Source of the DNA: Mustelus asterias | Taxonomy: Eukaryota | DNA length: 64,000 nt | Assembly (NCBI RefSeq): GCF_964213995.1 | Contig: NC_135812.1 | Span: 81,220,001-81,284,000 of the forward strand | Direction of reading: 5' to 3' | Shown here: positions 11,709 to 22,980 of the stretch, in pieces | Position numbering within the stretch: the first letter of the stretch is position 1 | Layout of the letters: each line of letters begins with the position of its first letter | Translations under genes and position numbers: made by a program | The notes under the pieces: generated by a model | The model's input: only the letters and a program-made list of their open reading frames with translations | The model's database searches: none | Told to the model about the DNA's origin: nothing

Positions 11709-13132
11709 GGCTCCTGTCACACTACCACTCGCAAGTCCTAACCTTGGCCTCACTGCTTTCTCCCTCGCCATGGCCTCAAGCTCAGTCCCTCAGTTTCTCA
11801 AAGACTGCAGGGAGAAGCCTCAGTTAGCCTGCTCAGTGCTCTCACCCATGATCACCACCCGTTGCTGGATGCCTCACTAAACAATGGAGAGCTGTTGTCT
11901 CAACAACCAGACACATCACTAGTGTTTACGAGTAATCGTGTGATCAATAGGTTTAATTGAGATATGGCAGCCAACATTTTTTTCATGTGTTTGGCGCCTC
12001 AGCTTGTCAAAGCCACTGCTCATTGCAGGAAGGGGCCCACTAGGGCCAACCTGTATCTCTGCTCAGTGTCCTCCCCCACCATTGCCACCTGCTACAGGAG
12101 GCCCCGCTTCACTATCTTTTACCACACATACTAATCTGTGCTTCCATTCTTTTGACTTTGGCTTCCTGTTCATTTCTCATGCCTTTTCCTCCAAACTTGG
12201 TGACACAGCTTCCCATCAGCATGGCCTATACTCTGGAACTCTTTACTTACTCCTTCCATCATGCTAATCCTCTCCCCACTTTCAGAAGCCTTCTCAAAAA
12301 CTGTCTACTTTGCCTTCCCCAAGTAAGCTCTCGCAATTCTTTTCCTAGCAATCCTCAACGTTAACTTTCTTAAGCATCAGATGGAAGTTTGCTACATTTA
12401 CCAGATTCAAGCAAGTTCTCGTATGTTTTTGCCATGTGAAATTGCAGCAAGGACAGAACAGTAATAAAGTGCAAAATGTGCATATTTTTAACAATCGTGC
12501 AAAAATTTCAGCTAAACATAGATTTTTGAGTCAATTACAAATGAAATGATTGATGTGTGTAATGAATGTTGAAATGCTCAGTTCCTTAAAAATGCACCAA
12601 GGCATCTGATAACACTGTCACAATATATCCTGTACCTATATCTTTGAAGCCTGATTATGCCTGTTGTAATATTAAGAAATGGACAGGTAACATGAGAAAA
12701 CTTGAAGACTGGTTTATCCTTTGAAAGCTTATCTGTCTCGATTTCACAAGCAATTGCAATTAACTTGCAATTCCAGACTCCAGTTTATGTGCAAAGCTGT
12801 TCCCTTTCAAAGTAACATGTACATAAACTGTGACTTGATCTGCTGGCCCAGAAAAGGTTACACTGGAGGAAATCCTAGTGGATTCTCTCTCATTTTTCAT
12901 TGTCAATACTGTACAGATTGCTAAATTATATTGGCCATTGTTACCTCAAATGCTAAAGATTATATTTTAAGTTTGAATAATTTGAAATAGCAAACTACCG
13001 GCAGCCATCTTCAGCGAACAGACATGACTGTGTAATGTGTAACCGGATCCTGCACCAATGGGAAATGCTAATAAGCTAACACTACAGAGAATGCCTTGAT
13101 ATATAATCTCTGCTGATTCTCTTTGCTGTCAG

Positions 13133-13262
13133 CTCTGAAGGAACGTCTAGACTCAACGTTGACTCTATTCTCTCCCCACAAATGCTGTCGGACCTGTTGA
13201 GATTTTCCAACATTTCCTGTTTGTGTTTCAGATTCCAACACTGCAGTATTTTGCTTTTATCT
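13133..13262 (+). mobile_element. Penelope-like pseudo-LTR fragment (second family)
   Basis: ctgaagga...gactcaacgttgactctattctctccccacaaatgctg...gattttccaacatt; related copies near 28450, 32410, 46380, 47340 and 53769. Confidence 0.6.
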
Positions 13263-13417
13263 TGGTGTTTAACTCATTACCACATATCTTCTAGGAATGC
13301 CTTCCCTGAAGAAGTACTGCTCTTCTCTCCGACAGAATTTCCGTTTGTTTCTTTCACCCTGTGCACCGTCACTGCTTTCCATTTCCTTCTTGGTGTTTAC
13401 CAAAACTCGCCTTGTGT

Positions 13418-13710
13418 CACAGCTTGGTATGTCTTCTGCTCTGTCCAAGACCGCAAAAAAACCACAAAGGTCGTGAACAAAGCCCAGTCCATCACACAAA
13501 CCAGCCTCCCATCCATTGACTCCGTCTACACTGTAGATGGTGCCTTTGAAAAGCAGCCAGCATAATCAACCACCTCGGACATACACTCTTCCGTCGGGAG
13601 ACAAAGATACAAAAGTCTGAGGATACGTACAAACCGACTCGAACAGCTATTTCCCTGCTGCCATCAGATTTTTTGAATGGACCTGCCTCCTATTAAGTTG
13701 ATCTTTCTCA
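13418..13710 (+). mobile_element. Rex1/Babar LINE 3' fragment
   Basis: TAWYVFCSVQDRKK..KVVNKAQSITQTSLPSI; matches the 3' end of 28800-30365. Confidence 0.75.
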
Positions 13711-14088
13711 CCGCTGTTCTAAAGGGTTACCTTGGCTCCCATAGCACAGATTCACCAACTTTTTGCAGCCTTTTTTAACTCTCCAGGGCTTCTCCCAAGC
13801 ATGGAACCTATCAATTGCTGCATTTTAAATTCGCTCCCCATTGGTTCCTTCCAGTATTTTTGACTCCTTTCCCAGATTCCCTCTCTTTCTTTCGGATTTC
13901 TCCCTGTTTCTTCTCCTTCAGCTCACTCTTGGGTTTCCCTCTTTGGGACTTCTTCCTCTCCCCTCTCCCCGCCCCCATGTTTTGACGACCTACTCCTGGG
14001 TCCTGTGATCAGGTTTTTGCACGGTTTTTACCCATGCAGGCCCAATTGGCACACGATTCTGAACTGTGCATGTGCAGTCCACTCCTGA

Positions 14089-14156
14089 TGCACAGTGGTT
14101 AGCACTACTGCCTCACAGTGCCAGAGACCCCAGTTCGATTCCTGGCTTGGGTCACT
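14089..14156 (+). mobile_element. V-SINE tRNA-head fragment
   Basis: gcacagtggttagcact...gttcgattcctggcttgggtcact. Confidence 0.8.
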
Positions 14157-15319
14157 CCTGATGCCCTAGTATTTTTCGCACGTGCGCGCATGTTGAAACC
14201 TTGGGCGGCAGGTAAGTCTGGATTCCTAACACCAAACCCTTCTCTATGGTGAAGCTTTCTTTGCAATAGTTTTGAAAATGCAACACATTCTTATTCTCAC
14301 AAACCTCGAGCAAATTGCTCATTACGTATTGTGCAGGTAACCAGTTAATTTTTCACATTTACACATATAATATGAAGGTTTAACCAAAACAATGCAAGCA
14401 CATTCGCAGAATTTGAACATCATAGCATTATCAGGACTCCGAATCGGCCTTTTTTCTTGCACCTTTTCTTTAACCCCTGGACAGAATGTCAACAATTATG
14501 TTTTTTGTCCCCATAATCTTTTCACGGTGAACCAAAAATAGTGAAGGTGCCTTCAATTTTTTTTTTTGTAGCAACATCTTGACCAGTTTGTATTTCTATT
14601 TTGTACCATGGGTTTTAAACCTTTCTGGGAACCAATACTCTGGTCGTCTTCCCTTTCTCACATACGGATGTATATTAGTCATGTTCTAAGACTAATGACT
14701 TTAGCACATATTTCTCAGTTTCAACACAGAAGAACATAGGGTTTTCTGACTCTTCCCTCTGTTAAGTCGGTTGGTCCTTAAAGTTTGCTGCAGAAACTGT
14801 GTATGTCTGATTGGCGGCCAGCTTTTGCCATTTCATTGTTTTGATCCGCACCATGTGAATAAATCTGCACCGAGGGAGATTTTCTGCCTTTACTTGAACC
14901 ATTTTCTAGTTTATCTGAGAGAAGTGCCCCAGCCTGATGCACACATTCATATTCTTCATGCCAACGCTTGAAAAATTGAACCTTCATCTCCATTTCCTTC
15001 ACAATTTCACCCAGATCTGTGCTAAATCTCTTATGTTCCAATTCTTTTCCAAGTTTGTTAGTCACTTCATTCAGCTCAGTGACTGATCAGGTCAGTGCAG
15101 TTGCCTTTGTTTCAGAGTCATCTTTAGAACCTTAATACAAGCTTAACAAATTCACACGAGCATCCATTCGTTTTGGAACCTTTCTTCCATGTGTCTTTAC
15201 ACTCTTTGAATTTATCCATTAGGTCCTCAGTCTGTTTCTTAATATTTTCCTTTCCAATACTGCACATCTCATCCTTTTCTTCTTCTCCAGATTGCATCAA
15301 AGATCAAGAATATTTGGAC

Positions 15320-15612
15320 TGCACAGTGGTTAGCACTGCTGCCTCACAGGTCTAGAGACACGGGGTCGATTCCTGGCTTGGGTCACTGTCTGTGCGGACC
15401 TGTACGCTCTCCCCATGTCTATGTGGGTTTCCTCCGGGTGCTCCGGTTTCCTCCCACAATCCGAAATATGTGCTGGTCAGGTGCATTGGCCATGCTAAAT
15501 TCTCCCTCAGTGTGCCCGAACAGGTGGTGGACTGTAGCGACTAGGGGATTTTCACAGTAATTTTATTGCAGTGTTAATGTAAGTCTACTTGTGACACTTT
15601 TAAATAAACTTA
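15320..15612 (+). mobile_element. V-SINE, short-tail subfamily
   Basis: HE1-like head and body plus tail gactaggggattttcacagtaa...gcagtgttaatgtaagtctacttgtgacac. Confidence 0.9.
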
Positions 15613-15894
15613 AAGGATATCATGATGAGGTTTCAGTAGTCCATCAATCATGGCTTTTAGTTCTGCATTCAACTAGCTGTTCTGATTCATCAGTATTTCC
15701 TTTTTCTGTTCAGGGCATTTATTACAATATTTACAGACTCCTGGTACTTGAAGTTCATCAAGTGTTACCTGAAGACCTATCTTTTTTGGATTTGCTTCGA
15801 CAAGTTTATTACTGAGATAGTTCAAGTGTTCTACTTCCTGTGACCGACAATTTGGGGTTCTCACCAGCACTCCGTTTTCATTAGTCAACGTACA

Positions 15895-16075
15895 AACGTG
15901 GAGTAGGCCATTCAGCCCCTTCAGCCTGCTCCATCATTTAATAAGATTGTGGCTGATCTAATGGTAAACTTAAATCTGCATCCTGCCTATCCCCTATAAA
16001 CTAACACCCCCTTGCTTACAAAGAATCTATCCACCTCTGCCTTAAATGGACGACCGCTTATTTTGAAACAGAGAC
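15895..16075 (-). mobile_element. CR1 LINE 3' tail
   Basis: ggagtaggccattcagcccct...aagaatctatccacctctgcctt. Confidence 0.7.
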
Positions 16076-16847
16076 CTGTTAAGGACCAGATCAGAAGTTT
16101 TTAAAGAGTTCTGACAATTCTTATCTATCATTCCCTGGCCTGGTTGTACATTCACTGGCATCTCTTTAGGTTCAACTAAGGTTTCCTTTACCACTTTAAC
16201 ACACCCCACTGGCTTATCCTGCTTTACATGTCTGTCTTCCCAGTGCTTTTCTTAAACCACGATTTTGTGTGTCCTACTTTATTATAGTGAAAGCATCGAG
16301 GCTTTTGCTCTTCTGTCTTGATGAGTTTCCTTTTTAATCTGAGATACACTGTCTTTATCTCCTATGAGATCTCCTCTGCTTTTACCACCTGAGGATTTCT
16401 CTCTTCCCCGGTTTCTCTCCCTCACAGGCTGAAACTGATGTCGGAAAGCAAACTTTGATTTATCAACTAATTTATAATCGTCAGCCATTGGAGTTGCCAT
16501 CGACGGTGCAGTCAAGAGCACTTGCACTTACTCAACAAAGCCTGCTTACTGGCGCTCAGTTTGTGTTTCACCAGGGCCACTCAGCTACCTCATTACAGCA
16601 TTGTGCAAACATAGACAAAGAGTTGAACTCCAGAGTTGAGGCAAGAGTGACTGTCCTTGACATCAAGGCAGCATTTGACCAAGTGTGGCATAAAAGAGCC
16701 CCAGCAAAACTGGAGTCAATGGGAACAAGGGGAAAAAACTCTCCAGTGGTTAGAGTCCAGTCTTAACTAGCAGAAAGAAAGATTGTTGTTGGAGTTCAAT
16801 CATCTTAGTCCAAGGACACTGGTGCAGGGGTTCCTCGGGGTAGTGTC

Positions 16848-17590
16848 TGTTGCTGTGGTGGACAAAGAATTGTGAATAGATTTCTTGTTAATGCAATAAT
16901 ATTTAGTTACAAACTTATTAATCACCCACCCAATCAACATTAAGTTATCTTACAGAATACTAAAGTTCAAGTACAATACTAGACCTTGACTTAACTTTTG
17001 TGTGACTGGCAAGTACCCAGGCAGATGTTGGCCTTTATCCATGTGTTGGTCTCCGTAGTCCTCTGTGTGGTCTGGTCTGACACTCTGGCTCTGGTTTTCC
17101 TTCCTTCCTTGGGTGTGGTGGCTCTCCTTGTGCTGGTGATGGCCACCGTTGTTGTCGTTCGTTCGTCGAAAGAGAGAGATTCTTCTGCTGCGCAGCACCC
17201 TTTATACCCCATTGGTTTTTGTGCCCTTTTTGGCCATTGCCGATCAATCGATCAGGACTTGATCACCCTGATCAATAAGGTCCAATCAGGTACTGCCACA
17301 CCAATCTCTGGGTGTGTACCCAATAGACATGCCTGTAGGTGCTGGAGGCACATAGATCACATACCTCCCTCCCAAATAAGGGGTTAAGGCACCCCTATAT
17401 CTGGTAAACAACCCAGTTTGACCAGAATGTCCCTTGCCCTGGAGATGGCCTATATCCTGTGTATTCCAACTGCAGCCTGTTTATCTCTGTCCAATTTCTT
17501 TTCTGGCTGCAGCCTGTCTGTTTCAATGCTTGGCCAATTATCCCAGCACGCTCTTGCAAACCAGCATCTGAGGTGGTCCATCTGGCAACT
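16848..17590 (-). mobile_element. 743-bp solo LTR
   Basis: Termini TGTTGC...GCAAC(T); 4-bp TSD TGTC at 16844-16847 and 17591-17594; removing it restores the LINE GVP.GSVLGP motif. Confidence 0.8.
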
Positions 17591-17644
17591 TGTCCTAGGC
17601 CCAACAAATCTTCTTCAATGAACTTACCTCTATCATGCGATCAG

Positions 17645-17780
17645 TGCCAGAATTCTCCTGTCTCATATGTCACATTAGTGGTGCCAATGAGAACAGAGAA
17701 TTTGGCGCTCAGCCAAATCTCCATTTTCAGCAGCGGGACCAGAGAATCCGAGCCGCGGGCGAGGTCAGTGAATTCTGACC
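17645..17780. mobile_element. Harbinger-like MITE (136 bp)
   Basis: TIRs gccagaattc / gaattctgac; 3-bp TSD CAG at 17642-17644 and 17781-17783. Confidence 0.75.
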
Positions 17781-18020
17781 CAGAAGTGTGGATGTTCACT
17801 GCTGATTGCACAAGGGTAAGCATCTTTTCATTACTCCCCAGACATTGGGGCAGTGTGTGATTATATGCAGCAAGACCTGCACAATATGCAGGCTTGGGCA
17901 GAGGAGTGGCAAGTGATATTCATGCTACACAAGTGTCAGGGAATGACGAGCTCCAACAAGAGAGAATCTAACCATCTCCCCTTGACATTAACATCGCTGA
18001 ATCTCCCACTATCAGCATCC

Positions 18021-18390
18021 CATGGACCAGACTCTGACCCACTTGGGAGCTTTTATCAAAACAAACTTTATTTAAGAACACAGTCAGAATATAACAAAAA
18101 GAATTAGCATAACTTTTAAAAATTAAAATACTTAAACATGACAATGCATAATTCTTAATAGCTATCAATCTGTATTGTTCCCATTTAGCAGTATCCCACA
18201 TAGACATAACCCCTTCTTCTGAACCAGCTAGCACCAAATGCAGATATCCTTATGTGGTTGCTAGATTTCCAGCCTTTTAACACTCTGGATAGAGATCCAG
18301 ATGGACACGTGTCTTCTGACTCTGAGAAATAAAACTAGTCTCTGGCAGATGACTCGGAGCTACTTATTCTTTCCACAGCTCCCAAAAAAA
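18021..18390 (-). mobile_element. LTR-like fragment (family also at 51400-52340); probably resumes at about 19391-19635
   Basis: gacccacttgggagcttttatcaaaacaaactttatttaagaa shared with 51620-51660. Confidence 0.55.
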
Positions 18391-18404
18391 ACAATTGAGT
18401 TGAT

Positions 18405-19390
18405 GGGTGGAATTTGACAAGATTTTTTCTTAGTGTCCAGCTAGTGTGAAAATGAGAAGTTCCTGATCCGTTTTTTGGCCGAGTTTACACACCAAATCTT
18501 ATGCACTCAGTCTTTGAAAAAGTGGGTTAAACCATTTCTAGCCACCAGAGGTGGGGCTTAATTCACCAGGCAGCCAGTAACTGATCGGAGCCACAAACTA
18601 CGCATGTGCCGAAAAAGCGAAAAAAAAACCCCCAGCAATTAAAGAACTCTGTTCGCCCCCAGCCCAGCAACACACACACTCCCCATGCCCCCCCCCACAG
18701 ATCCCAGAATGGCAACACATCTCCCCCTATTTCCACCCCCCAACTCACAAACACACACCCAAAACCCATGCAATAGTGGCCACAGTGCAGCTTGATGAGT
18801 CCTGAGGCTGCAGTACTGCCAATTCAGAGAGTTTCCAGCCCATCCCCCACCAGCAAAAGTGCTTGCTGCTGCCAGCACTAGGACCCAGAGTAAGTGCTAA
18901 GGCCCGAGGTCAGTGCTCTGACCTGGGTCCATCCTGAGAGGCCGAAATCGGACCCCATGAACAACAGCAGCCCCTCCCGACCTGAAACACAACATGGCTG
19001 TCATGAAACAACCCCCTCTGAGAAGCATGGAGCAGTTTGAAAGCACAGACTTACCTCCTCACTCACCCTCTCTGCTCAAACACCTGAATGCGATTTTAAT
19101 ACTTGGGGTGTTTTCCTGACCGATCCAGCTGCATTGAGCGAGGTTGGTAAGACAGGTGAGCTGGGACGATTGGGAGTGAAACTCGCTAATTACATTGTGA
19201 TGAATGCAAAAAAATGCAAATTGACATTTTGCCCATTTTGGGCAGGGTCCCGATTGCACCGATCTTTTTTTTCTTGGTAAAATGGGAATGGGCAAGAAAA
19301 CAGGCGCCATTCCTGCCAGTCGCATCACACCCGATTTTTATGACATTTTCCCGCCCAAAACGGGCGCAATGAGGTTGTAAAATTCTGCCA
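18405..19390. mobile_element. Non-autonomous Harbinger-like element
   Basis: Imperfect TIRs gggtggaatttgacaa / ttgtaaaattctgcc; GC-rich interior resembling other MITEs in the window. Confidence 0.55.
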
Positions 19391-19909
19391 ATTTCTCTGT
19401 GTAACCCTAGTTCCAACCACTCTCATGATTTGTTTCCTGTCAGCCATCCTAATCAAGCCCTACTCTGCAGAACCCCAGGGGAACACTAAGAACAACAGAA
19501 CAGTATTAGTCCAGGTTAAAACAAACATTCTAGCAATTGGGAGCAAATAAGCTGCTGCAGTAACAATACAGGGCTGCCGGATATAGACCCAGCGGCACTG
19601 ATAAAATGGCAGGAACTGCTAAAAACATCTCACATATACATGGCTAATACATTGGTACAGTATCATACACACCTGCCAAGGCGCACACCATCTGACAAGG
19701 AAATCTATCACCTTCCCTTCACTATCGCTGGGTCAAATTCCTGGAACTCCCTCCCTAAAGGCACTGTGGGTGTACCAACACCACTGAGACTTCAGTGGTT
19801 CAATAAAGCAGAACACCATCATGTTCTCAAGGGCAATTTGGGATGCTTAATAAATGGTGGCCTAGCCAGCAACATCCACATTCTGTAAACAAAAAAAAAT
19901 TAAAAATCT

Positions 19910-20130
19910 TCACATCAAGGCTGATAAAAATTTTGAACTCTTTTTTCCAGAGCTGGCAATTGATGTGAGGCTATTGTTTAATTTTTAAACTGCATTCGTT
20001 AGATTTATATTAGCTGATGGCAATGAGGCAAAGGCGGTTGGTTATATGGAGGAGTTACAGATCAACCATGATCTCATTGAAAGTGGGGCAGGTACAAGAG
20101 GCTGAATGGCCTACTCCTGTTCCTATTTTC
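19910..20130 (+). mobile_element. CR1 LINE 3' end
   Basis: ctgaatggcctactcctgttcctat tail. Confidence 0.65.
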
Positions 20131-21176
20131 CTAGATTGTGCCGACTACAGCCACAGTTCTCCAGTAGTGGGGGAAGTGAGTGTTTAAAATGTTGGGTTGT
20201 GTCCCAGACAACTGGTCTGCTTTGTTCTGAATGGTGTCAAACTTCTTGGTATTATTGGAGCTGCGCTCATCCAAGAAAGTGGAGAGTATTCCATCAAATA
20301 CTGAGTTGCATCATAGCTTTGGGACACAGGAGATGAGTTGCATACTGCAGAATCCCTAGCCTCTGACCCACTCCTGTATGCCTATATACGGCATTAACAC
20401 AGGGATAAAAGGTCGGTTATCAAAGGGCCAGAAATGTTATTAGCCTGTCTTATTGCAAATCCAAAATCCCCATTTCATGAGTAATCAAATGTCTTTAGTT
20501 ATATGCGTCATCTATGATGCAATTGGAAATCATTTTCCTCTAGTCAACATTAATGCAGGACACAGTTACCACTTTCAAGGAACTGTTCTTCAACTTACTG
20601 TTCTGTGGGGAAAGGACTTGTCAGTTGTTGGTTTCAGAGCTGCATTTAAGAGTTTGATGAAGGCAAGCTCCTAAGACTAGAAATTAATCCATATACTCTC
20701 AAGACAACTTTCATACTTTAGTCTCATTTTTCACCTTTTCCATTCTTTCACATTTGGGGTAATTTTCCCTCCTTTAGGTGAGCTATATAGAATGAATATA
20801 TGTCACAATTGCAGTGTATATTTATAATGCTTTAAGAACTCAATGGGAAGGTATGTCACATAACGAACAATTAGTCTGGAAAAGGTAAGAATGTGATGAA
20901 ACGATCCATCTGGAGAATTACCTTAAGAGTGTATGTCAAAATGGTTTCATGCAACTGTTTTGTACATAGCCTGTACTCCCATACAGCAATAGTTATATAG
21001 CATTTGATTTATACAGCAACACAGTAATCATTTTGTCAAAACTTAAATGCTGTAAATGTCAGGTTTGTATAGATGGGAAAAAAAATCAAACAGAAGGGGA
21101 GGATAATTAAATACGATGAAGTCTATAAAAGAAGGGAAGCAAAAGTGAGGCATGGAAGAGAATGCAAATGATCCTA

Positions 21177-22980
21177 TTGTGTTTTGTGCCTCAGATATAG
21201 ATGACACACCAGGTTCTACGTGTGAACAGAAGGTTTATTACAATGCTTTTAAAATGTCTGCTTTCTTCCGCTGGCGGCTGCTTTCTGTTTATCTGTAGCC
21301 ACATCCACAGGCTTGATTCACAACACAGAACGCAGACTGCAGTCAACAGATACATATAATTCGACACTGAACAATTATCTGTCCTGTAAAACTGAAGGAA
21401 TTTATTTTAAATTAAGCTATCCTAAACAACAAACATGTACATTTGAGTCATTGCTTACAGTTCAGTGTCTGGTTTCACTAAGTAAAGAATAGGCTTTGAG
21501 ATATGAAGGTTGCTGATGACTGCGCGGAGATCTATGAACTTGAGGTTGAGTTTCTACATGATCACCTCGATGACTAACCTCATGGTTGTTCATCAGAGAA
21601 CGAAATGCATCTTCATAATCGCTCAAAATATTCCGTCTGCTCTCAATCAAAATCTTGCGTTCCACTTAAGTGTTGCCATCCAACAAGTAGTATTGGTACT
21701 GAGTAACCCCTTGATTTGCTTTGGTCCTGATAGAGATGATGCAGTCTGTGGTAGTGATTTTGAAGTGAACCCAATCTCTAACTTCAAATTGTGGTTTATT
21801 TGTGTGTTTGCTTGTCGAACAATACTTGTGTTCTACCCTGTTGCTTTGCAATTTCTCCTGCCTTGGCTTTGACATTCCTGTTAGATGGCAGTGATGTCTT
21901 TCGAATAGTCAGCAGCATGTGTAAGTTACAATCCATCCTAAGTTCAGCCGTTATCTTTATAGTTGGAGAGTGTAAGATGGATTGATGTGCGGGAAGTAAG
22001 GATATGAATGTTTTCCCCTTCAACTTGCCAGCTCTCAGATTGTCCTTGATCACCCTGTTGAATCATTTGACACCACCATTTGATTGCGGGTTGTGGCGCA
22101 ATGTTAGATGGTGGTGAATTCTGCAGTTTGCTACAGACTCTGTGAACTGACTGGAAAACAAGTGCGGTCCATTGTCTGTATTGGTAAACTCCAGAAAACT
22201 CTGTTTTGTAAACAACTTGTCAATGAGTGTACAACTGAAATTCTGAGGCAAGGAAACATGTCATCATCAGTAACCATAGCTGTAAAGTATTGATTTTGTC
22301 CTGCTAGTGGTATCTAAAATTATCTCTGTCTCATGTCAAGTTTTGTGAAGACTGTGGTCATAAAATGATGTTGATAATTCTTGGATTGTGGGAGGTGGAC
22401 ACTTAACTGGAATGATTGCTTGTTGACCATCTTAAAGTCAACACATAATTTAAGCGCTCAATTTTTGCATCATGCAACGGTTTGGCTCAATGTCCATGAA
22501 GTTAAGTTGATTCAATCAATGGTACCATCTACTTCAAGTGGTTGCAGCTCTTGTGACAAATGGTAACCATCTCAAATTTTGTGAAATTGACATGTTGATG
22601 TGAAGAGCATGACAGCACCCCTTTCTCATCCCGGAAATAAGGAAGGATGATGTTGTGCATAGTTAGTGTCATTGATCATGTTAATGTATGCGCTGTGGGG
22701 TCTTCAAGTTCCAAGACAATCTTATCGAATAGATTTACAACCAGAGAGCTTCTGCTTGAATGCTTGTTGGCCTTCAGCTTCAAGGCAATGGAAAGATTGC
22801 CTTCTTGTGGGTTGTTGCTGTTGTAGGGAAAAATCCCTTGTACCAGTGCATTCAAGGAGGTCGAGTCTCAAGGCAAGGTTCAAAGTGTTTTTCTTTATTG
22901 TACAATTACTGGGATCCCAGGGAGACCCGCGTAGCCAGCTCAGAAACAGTGGCTTGGCCACGATGATCTCAACAGTTACA
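21177..22980 (-). mobile_element. Degraded, internally deleted Gypsy-like LTR retrotransposon (LTR, integrase, gag fragment)
   Basis: Integrase core TDNGPHLFSSQF...HHHLTLRHNPQSNGGVK (22063-22251); C-terminus RSPRSHQQPSYLKAY; gag-like HCLEAEGQQAF; LTR-like start tgtgttttg with minus-strand AATAAA near 21235. Confidence 0.7.

Larger units (their letters stand above)
16530..19900 (+). mobile_element. CR1/L2-group LINE RT and 3' end, split by several nested insertions
   Basis: LDIKAAFDQVWH (16655-16690); GVPRGSV|LGP split at 16847/17591; MFTAD (FADD-like) near 17792; MQQDLHNMQAW; 3' tail 19830-19900. Confidence 0.8.

Noticed and set aside
16950-17387. Hydrophobic ORF (VLVSVVLCVVW...) resembling a membrane protein or env
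   Set aside because: It lies inside a TSD-bounded solo LTR, and GT-rich composition explains the hydrophobicity
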